Origin: Scyliorhinus canicula
Taxonomy: Eukaryota
Assembly (NCBI RefSeq): GCF_902713615.1
Contig: NC_052157.1
Span: 130,243,425 to 130,307,424, forward strand
Length of the DNA: 64,000 nucleotides
Direction: 5' to 3'
The translations under genes and the position numbers were made by a program. This document shows, piece by piece, positions 12,403-26,068 of this stretch. The notes under the pieces were generated by a model. That model searched no databases, was not told the origin of the DNA, and saw only the letters and a program-made list of their open reading frames with translations. The stretch's first letter is position 1. Every line of letters begins with the position of its first letter.

Positions 12403-12814
12403 CTGGAGTCTAGAAATTGGCAAGTGTATACCTCCACTGATCTCTCAGTCGCCTAGGCAAACTGTTTCTACAAATAGGGCGAATTCTCGAAATGCCTGCT
12501 AATCTCATTACTGGGAAAGTCACAGCTCATCGTGCCATTTGAATGCTGACTACTGCTGTCGCTCGGCAGATTTCTAGCTGTCGCTCGACAGATTGCATCC
12601 TATCATGTCATGTTAAATTTGTTTCAGTGCTGTTACTAGGCAGATTTATGGCAATATACATAAAGCAGTTGTCGGCGAGAGCACATGTATGACAGAACAA
12701 ACTTAGGGATACCTTATGCTGAGAGACATTCCAGGCCAAAAGAGGAGAACAATGAAGGACAAAGGGCAGGAAACAAATACTGTGGGGGACACCATGCACA
12801 GGGAAAGAACAAAG

Positions 12815-13410
12815 AAGAGGAGATTTAATGGAGATTCTTAAAATCATGAAGGGTTCAGATAAAGTAAATACAGAGAAAATGTTTCCAAAGCTGAAAAGGT
12901 CAAGAAACCAGAGGGCACAGATTTAAGGCGATTGGCAAATGGGCTAGAGGCAACATGAGGGAAAGCATTTTTCCGCAACAAATGGTTAGGATTTGGAATG
13001 CCCTGGGTGGCACGCTGGCGCAGTGGTTAGCTCTGCTGCCTCACGGCACCAAGAACCCGAGTTCGATCCCGGCCCCATGTGGAGTTTGCACATTCTCCTA
13101 GTGTCTGCTTGGGTCTCACCCCCACAGCCAAAAGAGGTGCAGGGTAGGTGTATTGGCCACGCTACATTGTCCCTTAATTGGGGAAAAACATTTTTTTTAA
13201 AAAAGGATTTGGAATGCCCTGCCTGACAGGGTGGAAGTACAGATTCAATAGCAGCTTACAGAAGGAAATTGGATAGACAATTGAAAGAGAACAAAAAAAG
13301 CCAGGGTTATGAGGACATGAGAGGTGGGGTGGAACTAACTGCATTGCTCTTCAAAAGAGCTGGCTCAGGCTCTGTGGACTGAATTGCTGGATTCTGTGCT
13401 GTCCTGGGGA
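12815..13410 (+). mobile_element. CR1 3' fragment with a nested poly(A) V-SINE (13005-13204)
   Basis: RGDLMEILKIM motif; the SINE is flanked by the 16-bp TSD ggatttggaatgccct. Confidence 0.8.
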
Positions 13411-13803
13411 GGGGCAGGAACGCACTGGAGAACCATTCAAATTCATTAATGTCTATCAGGCATCCTGTACTGCATCTCTGAACTGCCAGCTCTGTTTGCA
13501 GTTTGAAATGCACTTTAGCACTGTGTACTTAGTCTATAATTAACACATCAGTAATTCATGTGAATGTGTACAAGTATGATGGTTAAAAGACAGGTGTCAT
13601 AATTAGCAGCTGCCGTTTTGCTGAAAGGTTTCCAAAATTCAACTCGCTTTAAAGAAGGCCAGTCAGAAATTTATTTCCCATAAGATGTGCAGGTTAGGTG
13701 GATTGGCCATGATAAATTGCCCTTAGTGTCCAAAATTGGCCTCCTTCTGCACTGTAAATTCTATGAAAATTCTATAATTGTGGAACCGTAGTTTGTTTCT
13801 CCA

Positions 13804-13980
13804 GGGGCTGGTTTAGCTCACTGGGCTAAATCGCTGGCTTTTAAAGCAGACCAAGCAGGCCAGCAGCACGGTTTGATTCCCGTACCAGCCTCCCCGAACA
13901 GGCGCTGGAATGTGGTGACTAGGGGCTTTTCGCAATAACTTCATTGAAGCCTACTCGTGCAATAAGCGATTTTCATTTCA
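13804..13980 (+). mobile_element. Short tRNA-derived SINE (second family) with (TTTCA) tail
   Basis: Head ggggctggtttagctcactgggctaaa; tail ...aagcctactcgtgcaataagcgattttcatttca; related copies at 43597-43780 and 55193-55350. Confidence 0.8.
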
Positions 13981-14552
13981 GTATTTTTCTCCCTGCTGCT
14001 CCCCTTTACCTTCCCCCCCCCCCCCCCCAACCAAAACTTTCTTTCACTCCCTCCTTGACTCTCCCTTTGTCGGGTCAAGTTTCGCATTGGGTAATATTCA
14101 AATATGCAAGATTACCGGGTTATTTAAAATTTAAAATTCTCAAGTTCGTAAGTTCGTACAACTAGTTTCACAGATTGAAGCGATGATGTTTGTACTTGGA
14201 AAATCCGTGGATAAATCTACTGATGCATGCCGGAAGGTCCTGCAAATGAATGCCACAGGCTCACACTGCACAAATGGAGTTAATTGCTCATCCAGTCATG
14301 CCGGTTCAGAGCCCAGGCTTTCGAGACACAATGAGGTCTTGAAGTAAAAGGTTTCGTGGAGATGTTAAAAAGCTGATTATGTTAAACAATGAATTTTTTT
14401 TCGGTCTATTTGCGTTTTTTTGGGAAGAGATTATAGGGCCAGGAATTTCTACCCCGACAAAAGCTCACCGATGCTGCTCTGCCCATGAATATAGCCAAAG
14501 GAATTTCCTGGCCTTCATTTCAGTTATAGAGCAAACAATGTGACGAGCCAAA

Positions 14553-14885
14553 ATCATAGAATTTACAGTGCAGAAGGAGGCCATTCGGCCCATCGAGTCT
14601 GCACCGGCTCTTGGAAAGAGCACCCTATCAAAGGTCCACACCTTCACCCTATCCCCATAACCCAGTAATCCCACCAACACTAAGGGCAATTTTGGACACT
14701 AAGGGCAATTTATCATGGTCAGTCCACCTAACCTGTACATCTTTGGACTGTGGGAGGAAACCGGAGCACCCGGAGGAAACCCACGCAGACACGGGGAGGA
14801 TGTGCAGACAGTGACCCAAGCCGGAATAGAACCTGGGACCCTGGAGCTGTGAAGCAATTGTGCTATCCACAATGCTACCGTGCTT
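14553..14885 (-). mobile_element. HE1-type V-SINE
   Basis: Head, V-domain and CR1-type tail gatgggccgaatggcctccttctgcactgtaaattctatga. Confidence 0.9.
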
Positions 14886-15463
14886 TTCATGATTTAACTT
14901 CTATCGCTTCTGGTTTCCACTGGCTAGCCATTCTCAGTTAGCTGTTTTCCTGTAATTTCTTATTCATGCATTAGAAATTTCAGTTGAAGCAGTAAAACGT
15001 ACAATATCGAATCAACTGCCCATAGTGCAGCTAGCCTGTTTTCTTCCCATTGACTTGAATCCATTTTATTCCGCACCCAGAAATGGAAAGGTCTGCTCAT
15101 CGATTAATTGGCACATATTTCTCACTTTTTTAATTCTCCGTCTTTTCAGTTTCAATTTGTCGATTGTTTACTTTTGAGGGGTTTTTTTTCATTTGTTCAT
15201 GAGATATGGTTGTCTTTGGCAAGTCCAACATATCGAGTTAGGAGCATAAATAGGCTATTCGGCCCCTCGAGCCTGCTTCTGTTCTACCTTTTAATATGAT
15301 CATTCTGTTTGTGCTTTGACTTCCACAATCTCCTCTACCCCATTAACGTTTGATCCCCTTGCCTAACAAGAATTTATCCGTCTCTGCCTTAAAAATATTC
15401 AATGACCCACCTCCACCGCCTTCTAAAGCAGTGTTCCAAAGTCACACAGCCTTCTGAGGGAAG

Positions 15464-18400
15464 GGGACTTCCGGTGGTGGTATGTAGAGGGAAGACACAC
15501 AAGGTAGCTCCCACTAGGGAACCGTATTTTTAGCATTTTTTGCCCAGTTGCTGGGGCTATTTTAGCTCAAAATCTCACTTGAATGATGGTATGAGGTGCC
15601 CACGTGAAGGGAATACCCAGAAAGATCAGGGCAAAGAAAATGGAAGGAAGATATTGGTCAACAGAGCCAGAGGCTTCTCAGAACATTTTGGTGGAGTAAA
15701 TGGTGGCGGCTGAAGGAGAGGGGCACAGGGCCACATAAGAAGGAGTGATAGTGGAGCAGGCGACAAAGGATGCAATTGGGAGGATGCAGACGGGAAAGGT
15801 GGCCGGATGGGTTTCCAGTGGAATATTATAAAAAATTCAATGATAAGCTGGCACCCCTGATATTGGGGATGTTTAAAGAGGCGATAAGGAAGGGGTGTTG
15901 CCACAAACTTTGGGGCAGGCATCGATTTCACTGTTGCTTAAAAAAAAAGAGAAGGATCCGATGGAGTGTGGGTCATATAGGCCCATATCAGTTCTGAATG
16001 TGGACGCAAAAGCATTGGCGAAGGTACTGGAGGAGTGCCTCCCGAAGGTGATAGGTGAAGATCAGACGGGGTTCGTGAGAGGGAGGCAGCTCTTTTCAAA
16101 TGTTAGAACGGTATTGAACATTGTTATGGCACTGGCAGAGGGGAAGGATGGTTGTGGCATTGGACGCTGAGAAGGCATTTGACCGGGTAGAATGGGGGTA
16201 CTTGATGGCAGTTCTGGAGCGGTTTGGGATTGGACCAAGATTTGTGAACTGGGTAAAGCTTCTATATAAGGAGCCGAGGGCGAGTGGCCGCACAAACAAC
16301 ATCAGCTCGAGATACTTTTCTCTCCACCATGGGACTAGGCAGGGATGTCATATGCCCCCACTGCTGTTTCCACTCGCGATTGAGCCGTTGGCCATTGCAT
16401 TACGAAGTTCTGGAGCATGGAAAGGTATACTGCGGGGGGGGGATAGGCATAGGGTGTCCTTATATGCCGATGACTTGCTGTTATACGTGTCGGAACCGAG
16501 TGTGTCGACAAGGGGAATATTGGAGCTGCTTCAAGTGTTTGGGCCTTTCTCGGGGTACAAACTAAATCAAGACAAGAGTGAGTATTTTGTGGTGTCTCGG
16601 CCGGGGGTGGGGGCAGGGGTGGGGGGGCTGCCATTCCGCAGGGCAGTGACTCACTTTAGATACCTGGGGGTGCAGGTTGCCCGGGAGTGGGGAAGGCTTC
16701 GCAGGTACAACATTTCTAGTTTGGTGGGGAGAGTGAAAGCTGATCTGGCAAGGTGGGATGGTCTCCCTCTGTCACTGGCGGGTCGGGTACAGGCGGTTAA
16801 AATGAATGTGTTGCCGCAGTTTCTGTTTATTTTTCAATGACTGTCGATTTTCCTACCAAAGGCTTTTTTCAGAGAGATTGAGGGAAGGATTACCTCGTTC
16901 ACATGGGGAGGGAAGGTGGCCAGAGTGAGGAAGGTGCTGCTACAGAGGGGAAGGCAGGCAGGGTGTTTGGGTCTCCCGAACTTGATGTACTACTACTGGG
17001 TGGCGAATGTGGAGAAGGTGCGGAGCTGGGTCAGAGGGGTTGATTCCCAGTGGGTCAGAATGGAGGAGAGTTTGTGCAGAGGGTCGGGACTGAAAGCACT
17101 AGCAACAGCGTCGCTCCCGATGGCCCCGGGGAAATACTCAGGGAGTCCGGTTATAATAGTTACATTGAAAATCTGGAGGCAGTTTCGGGTTGGGGGCAGG
17201 GTCAAGGGAAATGCCGATTCGGGGGAACCACAGATTTGAGCCAGGGAGATCGGATGGAAATTTTCGGAAATGGGAGAAGGGGGTTAAGACACTAAAAGAT
17301 TTGTTCCTTAGGGGTTGGTTTGCAGGACTGAAGGAGCTGGAAGCGAAGTATGGGCTGGAGCAGGGCAAAATGTTTAGATACATGCAGGTTCGAGATTTTG
17401 CCAGAAAGGAGATAGAGAGCTTCCCGGTGGAGCCGGCCTCCACCAGGAGGTGCTGACGACAGGGGGACTGGAGAAGGGAGTAGTGTCGGCGGTTTACGGG
17501 GCTATTTTGGAAGAGGAGAAGGCACCACTGGAAGGGATCAAAGCAAAGTGGGAGGAAGAGTTGAGAGAGGATATGGAGGAGGGGTTCTGGTTTGAGGTGC
17601 TCCAGAGAGTGAACGCCTCCACCTCGTGTGCGAGGTTGGGGATGATACAGCTGAAGGTTGTATACAGAGCGCACCTCACGAGGGCGAGGATGATCCAGTT
17701 CTTTGAAGGGGTAGAAGATGTGTGTGAGGGTTGCCGGGGTGGGGGGGGGGGGGGGGGGGGGGCCTGCTAATCACATTCATTGTTTTGGTCCTATCTAAAG
17801 CTAGAGGATTATTGGAAGGAGGTTTTTAGGGTAATTTCTAATGTGGTGCACGTGAAACTGGACCCGGGCCCCCGGGAGACCATATTCGGGGTGTCGGACC
17901 AGCCAGGGTTGGAAACGGGTGCGGAGGCAGATGTTGTAGCCTTCGCCTCGTTGATCGCCCGAAGGCGGATCCTGATAGGTTGGAGAGCAACCTCTCCATC
18001 CTGTGCCCTGGCGTGGTGGAGAGACCTGTTGGAATTCTTGACTCTCGAGGAGGTTAAGTTTGAACTGAAGGGAAGGATGGAGGGTTTCTACAATTCATGG
18101 GCATTATGCACTTTCAAGAACTGGATAACATTGAACATTAGTTGGGGTGTGTGGTTGGGGGAGGGGGGGGCTGTGTGTGTTAATGGTGGTTATGGGTGAT
18201 CCCTAATTCCTATTTGTCATTTGTTTATGTGAACATGCGGGCTAATGTTTGGGGTTTGGTGGGAGGATGGGATCGTTGTTATTGATATGGGGATTGACAT
18301 ATTTGTTGCTGATTATTGTTTATTGTTGGTGGGTGTAAATTTGGGAGAAAATGTGAAAAAGGAGGAGAATAAAAATATTTTTTTAAAAAGGTGGCGGCTG

Positions 18401-19532
18401 CTCCTGGGTTAAAATCAGGGAGTGACGGAGCATTGGGTATCCTTACATGCAGATGATCTGCTTATTTATAATACAGACCCAGTTTCCTCTATGGATGAGA
18501 TAATGAAGCTGCTCTGGAGTTTTGGCTCCTTCTCCGGGTATAAAATTGAATTTGGACAAGAGCGAATACTTTCTGGTTAACCCACCAGGAAGGGGGCGCC
18601 TATCTGGGGATGTTGCCTTTTCATCTTGCCAGATCCAGCTTTCGCTATCTGGGAATATGGTTGGCCCATAATTGGGGCTCACGCCATAAAATTAAATTAT
18701 ACTCATCAAATCTGACTTGCAGAAGTGGGATAACGTTCCCCCTGTCCTCAGCAGGCAGGGTTCAGACTATTCAACTGAATGTCCTCCCAAGGTTTTAATT
18801 TATTTTTCTGTGTCTCCTCCCTTTTCTCCACAAACCCTTCTTTATCAGAGTTAATAAACTGCTGTCCTCTTTTATTTGAATGCCAAGACCCCAAGGATCT
18901 GTAGGGCCTTTTCACAGAGGGATAGACAGTCAGGGAGGTTGAGCTTTACCCAATTTGTTATTTTATTATTGAGAATATTGAAAAGGTGCTGAGGTGGCTT
19001 CGGGCTCAGAGTTCCGTATGGGGACAAATCGCGAGTTCTTGTAGGGCGTCTAAATTGGGTGCTTTAATAACTGCCTCGCTCGCTCCTGCAAGATTTTCTT
19101 CACATCCGGTTGTCATGTCCACTCCAAGTGGGTGGAAGCAGTTCAGATGGCATTTTAAATTTAGCTCCATATCATGGTTGGCCCCTATTTGCAGTAATCA
19201 TCTCTTTAGGCCAGGCTTTGACCCGACGTTTAGGCCTGGTTGGGTGACCCCATGGAGTTCCTAAATTTGGAGAAGGTTAAGTATACCATTAGGGAGTGGG
19301 TAGGAGGATTCTACTTGAGATGGCAGATATTCATTTCCTTTTTTGATGCGTTAATCACCGTCAGTTGTTAAGGGGGTTTAAGTTTAATGTTGGTGTTTAA
19401 GGTTTGATGTGTTCTGGATTGTCGATTGTGTTCTTTTTACATTGTAACTTGAAGCATCTGTTTTATATTGTATCATTGTTACTTTATCATTATTATTTTA
19501 TTGTAATGAAAATGTTTTCAAGAAAAATATAT
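15464..19532 (+). mobile_element. Older, internally deleted L1 (5' UTR 15464-15712; ORF2 3' part 18401-19532)
   Basis: 5' end gggacttccggtgg resembles the start of the L1 at 19824; 3' part has VSLHADDL, FRYLGI and AGRVQTIQLNVLPRF. Confidence 0.75.
15713..18389 (+). mobile_element. 5'-truncated L1 (RT, Cys-rich domain, 3' UTR)
   Basis: [29 protein letters not shown] motifs; TSD ggtggcggctg at 15702-15712 and 18390-18400. Confidence 0.95.
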
Positions 19533-19974
19533 ACAGAGAAAGAAAATTCTCCTCTATCCTAAAAGGATGACTCTTAATTTTAAAACAATGCCCCGCAGTT
19601 CTGGGCTCACCCACAAGAGGAAACATCCTTTCCACATCCACCTTGCCAAGGCCATCTCACTTGAGAAGGCAGCAGCAAGCTGTCTTTCTGAGGTGCTGCA
19701 TTCGTCTAGGTACATCCAGTGTTGCTAGTAAAGGAATGGCAATATATTTCCAAGTCAGAATGTGTGTCTTGGAGGGGAAGTTGCACGTGGAGGGGTTTCA
19801 ATATCCATTAACAAGGTCTGACAAGTTCCGTTGGCGGCTATGAAGGAGCAACTCACACATTTGGTGGCTCCCGCTCGGGTCGGACTTTTGGACCTTTTCA
19901 CCCGATTTTCTACCGGACTTGGACTGTAAAACTGATGACAGAGGCAACTGTGTACTGAATTCCCACATCGGTGA

Positions 19975-20818
19975 ATGGAGAGGACTAGAGGTGGTCGTAA
20001 AGGCAGAAACAGAAAGACACAGAAGGCTTGGGCTGAAGCTGCAGCGGGAGACAGCATGGCGAAGGACCGGACCTCTGGTTTGTCGACCCAGCAGTCAATG
20101 GAGCAGCTGATGCAAATTATTCAGGAAGGTTTCGCTAAGCAGAAACGGGACTGTTTGGACTCAATTGAGCGGCTGGAGCTTAGATTGGACGCCCAAGATC
20201 GGGCGATCCAGAAGTTAGAGAAGGCGCTGGCTGAGCAGGAGGAACATCAAACTGCGGTGGAGTTGGAGGTTGGGATGCTGAGAGACCAGCACAAGAAGCT
20301 CCTGGAGAAAGTGGAGGACCTGGAGAATAGGTCCCGCCGGCAGAGCCTGAGGATCGTCGGGCACCCGGAGGGGTCCGAAGGATTGGACGCTGGGGCATAC
20401 ATCGCAGACATGTTTGAGAAGCTGCTGGGGGATGGGACATTCTCCCGACCCTTGGAGATGGGCACGGCTTACAGAGCACTCGCGAGGAAGCCGCGAACAG
20501 GAGACCCCCCGAGGGCAATGGTGGTGAGATTCCACAGGTACTTGGATAAGGAGCGCATTCTACAGTGGGCCCAGCAGACACGGAGCTGTAAGTGGGACAA
20601 TGGTATCCTGGGGGTGTACCAGGACCCGAGTGTGGAGGTGGCCAGGAGAAGAGCGGGGTTCAACCAGATTAGGTCGATCCTTTTTAAGAAAAAAGGTAAA
20701 GTTCGGACTGTTGTATCCGGCCCGTATCTGGGTCACGCACGAGGAACAGCATTTTTATTTTGAGTCGCCTGAAGACGCGCTGGATTTCACGAAAATGTAA
20801 AGACTGGTGGTGGACTGA
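19975..20818 (+). pseudogene. L1 ORF1p (frameshifted near the C-terminus)
   Basis: 262-aa ORF with the L1 ORF1 motif LENRSRR; the C-terminus KFGLLYPARIWV continues in another frame after an A-run. Confidence 0.85.
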
Positions 20819-21397
20819 GAACTTTTGAACATTGCTGCAACGTTCATGCTTTTTATTTAGTTTTTCTGTTCTTTTAAAAAAAAATTCTCGTTTTTCATTT
20901 TGTGGAAGCTGTTTGTAATACTTTTTTCATTGATTTGGGAAAGTGGGAAAGCTGAGCGAGTTAAGGTTTTAATTTGCACTGTTGGGGGATGGAGGTGTGC
21001 TTGTTTAGATCTTGGTGTTTTACTGTCGGGCAATTGTGTGGGGATTGTTTGATGTATGAGCGGGGGGGGGGGAGGGGTGCTGGAGAGGGAACAATAGGTG
21101 GGAGACTACCCGGGGCCAGGGATGGGGGACACCAAAATAGCTGGACGGCCTGGCTCACGGAAGCGCAGTGGGGGGTGTGCATATGTTCGGTTTAGTAAAG
21201 GGGTTGGATTACAGTGTTGTTGCTGGCAGGGGGGAGGGGGGTAAATGCTCTGTTGCCGAGGGAGGGACTTGGGCTAAGGGACAGAGAGGAGGTTGGGGGC
21301 GGAGTCTGCCTGGGGGCGGGCCGATGAAGGCGCGGAGCATGGGCTGGGGGCGGGCCCAAAAAACAGGATGGCTGATCGGCGAAGGGGGGGAGGGGCA

Positions 21398-24300
21398 ATG
21401 AGCCCCCCAACTAGGCTGATCACCTGTAATGTTTGAGGGTTAATGGGCCGGTCAAGAGGGCACGTGTGATCGCACATCTTAGGGGACTGAAGGCGGACGT
21501 GGTAATGTTGCAGGCGACGCACTTTAGAGTAACTGACCAGATTAGTTTGAGGAAAGGCTGGGTCAGTCAGGTCTTTCACTCGGGACTGGATTCAAAGACT
21601 AGAAGGGTCGCGATCCTGATCAATAAGCAGGTGGTGTTTGAGGCAGGTGTAATAGTCTCGGATGTGGGAGGTCGGTATATTATGGTCAGTGGGAAATTGG
21701 AAGGGGTGCAGGTGGTATTAGTAAATGTGCATGTGCCAAATTGGGATGATGTGGAGTTTATAAAGAGGATGCTGGGGAAGATACCGGACCTGGACTAGCA
21801 CAGGTTGGTCATGGGAGGGGATTTCAACACAGTTATTGACCCTGGCTCGGACCGGTCAAGCTCAGAAATGGGCATGGTGCCAGCAATGGCAAAGGAACTA
21901 AAAGTGTTCATGGAGCAGATGGGGGGCTGGATCCATGGAGATTTGGGCAGCAGAGGGTGAAGGAGTTCTCCTTCTACTCTCATGTCCATAAAGTGTACTT
22001 CCGGATTGATTTCTTTATTTTGAGCAGGACCTTACTGGCAGGCATGGTGGACACGGGGTACTCGGCGATCACAATCTCAGACCATGCTCCACACTGGGTT
22101 GACCTGCAGGTTAGTAAAGACAGTAACCAGCGCCCGCACTGGAGGTTAGATGTGGGACTTTTGGCTGACGAAGGGGTGGGCGAGCGGCTGAGGAAATGTA
22201 TTCAGAATTATCTGCAGGTCAATGACACGGGAGAAATTTCAGCAGTAGTGGTCTGGGAAGCACGGAAGGCGATGGTCAGAGGGAAGTTTATCTTGATACG
22301 GGCCCATAGGGAGAAGGTGGACAGGGCAGAGACTGACCGACTGGTAAAGGAGATATTACAGATCGATAGGAGGTATGCGGAGACCCCAGAGGGAGGGCTT
22401 TTAAGGGAACGGCGGAGGCTACAGGCGGAGTTCACCTTCATAACCACAGGGAGGGCGGTGGAGCAGCTGAGAAAGGTGATGGGGGCGATCTATGAGTATG
22501 GAGAGAAGGCCAGCAGAATGCTTGCACAGCAGCTGAGGAAGAGGGAGGCAGCCAGGGAGATAGGGAAAGTAAATGACGGAGATGGGAACCTGGCTGGAGA
22601 TTCAGCAGGGGTGAATAAGGCACTTAGGGATTTCTACAGTAGGCTGTATTGGTCGGAACCCCCTAAGGGGGCGGAGGGGTTGAGGCACTTCTTGGAGGGG
22701 CTGAATTTCCCAAAGGTGGACGTGGAGCTGGTAGAAGGGCTGGGGGCCCCGGTCGGGTTGGAAGAGATAGTGGAGGGTCTGAAGGCCATGCAGTCGGGTA
22801 AAGCCCCGGGGCCGGACGGGTACCCAGTGGAGTTTTATAAAACGTTCTCTGGGATATTGGGGCCGGTGTTGATGAGGATGTTCAATGAGGCAAGGGAAAG
22901 AGGGGTGCTGCCCCCAACGATGTCACAGGCCATAATTTCGCTGATTCTGAAGCGGGACAAGAACCCAGAGCTGTGTGGGTCTGACAGGCCGATATCCCTG
23001 TTGAATGTGGATGCCAAATTACTGGCCAAAATTTTGTCTTCCAGGATTGAGGATTGTGTTCCGGGCATTATTGGGGAGGACCTGTTTGTTAAGGGTAGTG
23101 TTGCTCATTCTGGGTGAGTGTGCTTAACACTCAATTTGGCTCTGTTTTGTTACTTAGCTTTGGAGTCGCCAGGTATCGTTAAGATACCGCCACAAGTTTC
23201 AAGGTCAAGTTCAAAGCAATAAAACCATACAACAATTAGTAAGTTCAAACAAGACGTTTATTATATTACAGCAATCTACTAATCATGCATATAAAACTAT
23301 AAGACTAGGGTAATCCTACCACTAATAGGCCAAATACGTATCTGGACAAGGGGACTGCCGGATCAGGGAACAACGGCTTCTAGCTTTGTCCTGGGTCCGC
23401 AGACTTCCAGTAGTTATAGTTTAAAGGGGTCAGGAGTGTCTATTCCCATAGAGTGCGTTGTGACACTTACTTGTTGGCGGCTGCTGTCCAGACCTCTCCT
23501 GCACAAGGTTCTTGTGCTACAACGGTGTTCTGCTGGGAGGGCTGGCTGGTCCAAGAGAGGCTGGCAGAGAGAGCGAGCTGGGGTCGGGGTCTCTGCTTTA
23601 TACGCCACTCAGGGTCATACGCCCACCTGGGCGGACCCTCTATACTCTTGTAATCGATTGGGTCTCTTCCCAATCGATTGATTTGAATTCCCCAATAACG
23701 GGACAGTATCTCGATCACTGGGGCGGTTTTTGGGACTCATTGTTTTGGGCTTCTTTGGCGCCGAAAAGTCTGGCCTTCCATTCAATGTATCGGTTAGTGC
23801 TAACTTGTGTCTTTTGTGTCTGGGGATCGCCCAGTATTGACTCATTAATATGCTAACTGTTTCTTTTCACAGTGTTGTCTGGTTTCAGCAACAGCCAAAC
23901 TGGTTTCTGTAGCAGTCCAAATATACAAGCGCTCTGCAAGCTGCTTGCTTTTTACAACCTGTCCAATTTTCCCTGCATTCCTTGCAATCTTCCATTTTGT
24001 GTTTGGTCAGTGGTCACCCCAGGTGGCTACACTAGGCAGTTGTGGCCAATGTAAGAAGGCTGTTAAACGTGATCATGATGCCCCCGGAAGGTAGGGAGGT
24101 GGAGAATCGCAATGGATGCAGAAAAGGCTTTCGATCGGGTAGAATGGGATTATCTGTGGGAGGTGCTGGGACAGTTCGGATTTGGGTGGGACTTTATTGA
24201 CTGGGTCAGGTTGCTGTATCAAGCATACGGACGAATAGGACAACATCAGGCTACTTTAGACTGCACTGGGGGACGAGACAGGGATCCCCCCTCTCCCCAC

Positions 24301-26068
24301 TGTTGTTCGTGCTAGCTATAGAGCCGTTGGCAATTGCTCTGAGAGCCTCAAGGGACTGGTCCAGCGTGGGGGGGGGGGAGCACAGACTCTCGCTGTGTGC
24401 AGACGACCTGCTTCTGAATGTATCGGACACCCAATAGAGGGGATGGAAGAAATCATGAGGATTCTAGGGGAATTTGGCCGGTTTTCGGGGTATAAGATAA
24501 ATATGGGGAAAAGTGAGATGTTTGCGGTCCAGGCGAGGGGACGGGAGAGGCGATTGGGGGAGCTGCCGTTTAGATTAGTAGGGGGAAGCTTTAGGTACCT
24601 AGGCATTCAAGTGGCGCGGGAATGGAACCGGCTGCATAAATTAAATCTGGCCCGGCTGGTGGACCAAATGACGGACGATTTTTGGGGATGGAACTCGCTT
24701 CCGTTGTCATTGGCTGCGAGGGTGTAGATGGTGAAGATGACGGTCCTCCCGAGATTCCTGTTCGTGTTTCAATACCTTCCCATCTTTATTCCATGGTCCT
24801 TTTTTAAACCGGTCAACAAAGCGATCTCTGGCTTTGTTTGGGCGGGCAAGACCCTGCTGGTAAGGAAGGTAATGCTGGAACGGAGTCGGGGAGAGGACAG
24901 GCTGGCGTTGCCAAATTTTAGTAACTATTACTGGGTGGCGGATATAACCATGATCAGGAAGTGGGTAGTGGAGGAGGGGTCGGCATGGGAGCGTATGCAG
25001 GCAGCTTCAGGCAAGAGCACTGATCTGGGGACGTTGGTAACTGCGCCTCTGCCATTCCCCCCGGCACGGTACTCCACCAGCCCCGTGGTGGTGGCGGCCC
25101 TGAGAGTCTGAGGACAATGGAGAAGACAAGTTGTGGCGGAGGGAGCATCGGTCTGGTACCCAATCTGTAATAATCACTGGTTTGCCCCGGGAAGCATGGA
25201 TGGGGGGGTTCCGGATACGGCGGAGAGCAGGGATTGAGAGGATGGGGGATATGTTTATAGAGGGGAGCTTTCCAAGTATGAGGGCGCTGGAGGAGAAGTT
25301 TGGGTTGGCGAGGGGAAACAAATTCAGGTATCTGCAGGTGCGGGACTCCAACGTAAACAGGTGTCAACCTTCCCGCTCCTACCGCTAAGGGGGATTCAGG
25401 ACAGGATAGTTTCCAGAGGGTGGGTAGGAGAAGGGAGCGTCTCTGGCATTTACAAGGAACTAATGGGGTCAGAGGAGGCACAGACTGAGGAGCTGAAGCA
25501 CAAGTGGGAGGAGGAGCTGTGAGGAGAGATAGAGGATGGTCAATGGGCCGACGCGTTGAGTAGAGTCAACGCGTCCGCAACATGTGCCAGGCTCAGCCTG
25601 ATACAATTTAAGGTCGTTCACCAGGCTCACATGACAGTGGCCGGGAGGAGCAGATCCTTTGGGGTGGAGGACAGGTTCGCAAAATGGGCGTGAGGACCAG
25701 CGAACCATGTCCACGTGTTCTGGACATGTCTGAAGCTTAGGGGATTTTGGCAGGGGTTTGCAGATGTCATGCCCATGGTGTTTAAAACAAGGGTGGCACT
25801 GAGTCCAGAGGTGGTGATTTTCGGGGTGTCGGAAGACCCGGGAATCCAGGAGGAGAAAGAGACAGATGTTCGGGCCTTTGCTTCCCTGATAGCCCGGAGA
25901 CGGGTACTATTAGCTTGGAGGGACTCAAAGCCCCCGAAGTCAGAGACCTGGCTACCTGACATGGCTAGCTTTCTCTGTTTGGAGAAAATCAAGTTCGCCT
26001 TGAGAGGGTCACTGTTAGGGTTCACCCGGAGGTGGCAACTGTTTGTCGACTTCTTCGCGGAAAATTAA
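21398..26068 (+). pseudogene. L1 ORF2p (EN-RT), broken by stops, frameshifts and an LTR insertion
   Basis: ORF-track fragments 21433-21798, 21957-23117, 24112-24315, 24395-25111 and 25715-26068. Confidence 0.9.
23099..24031 (-). mobile_element. Solo LTR (ERV-like) inserted in L1 ORF2
   Basis: Minus-strand TGTAGCCACC...GAGCAACA termini; 4-bp near-TSD gtag/ctag; same termini as 36465-37448. Confidence 0.88.

Larger units (their letters stand above)
15235..19655 (-). mobile_element. CR1 3' fragment split into 15235-15463 and 19535-19655 by nested L1 insertions
   Basis: The two pieces are collinear with the CR1 at 1-720 when the intervening L1s are removed. Confidence 0.7.
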
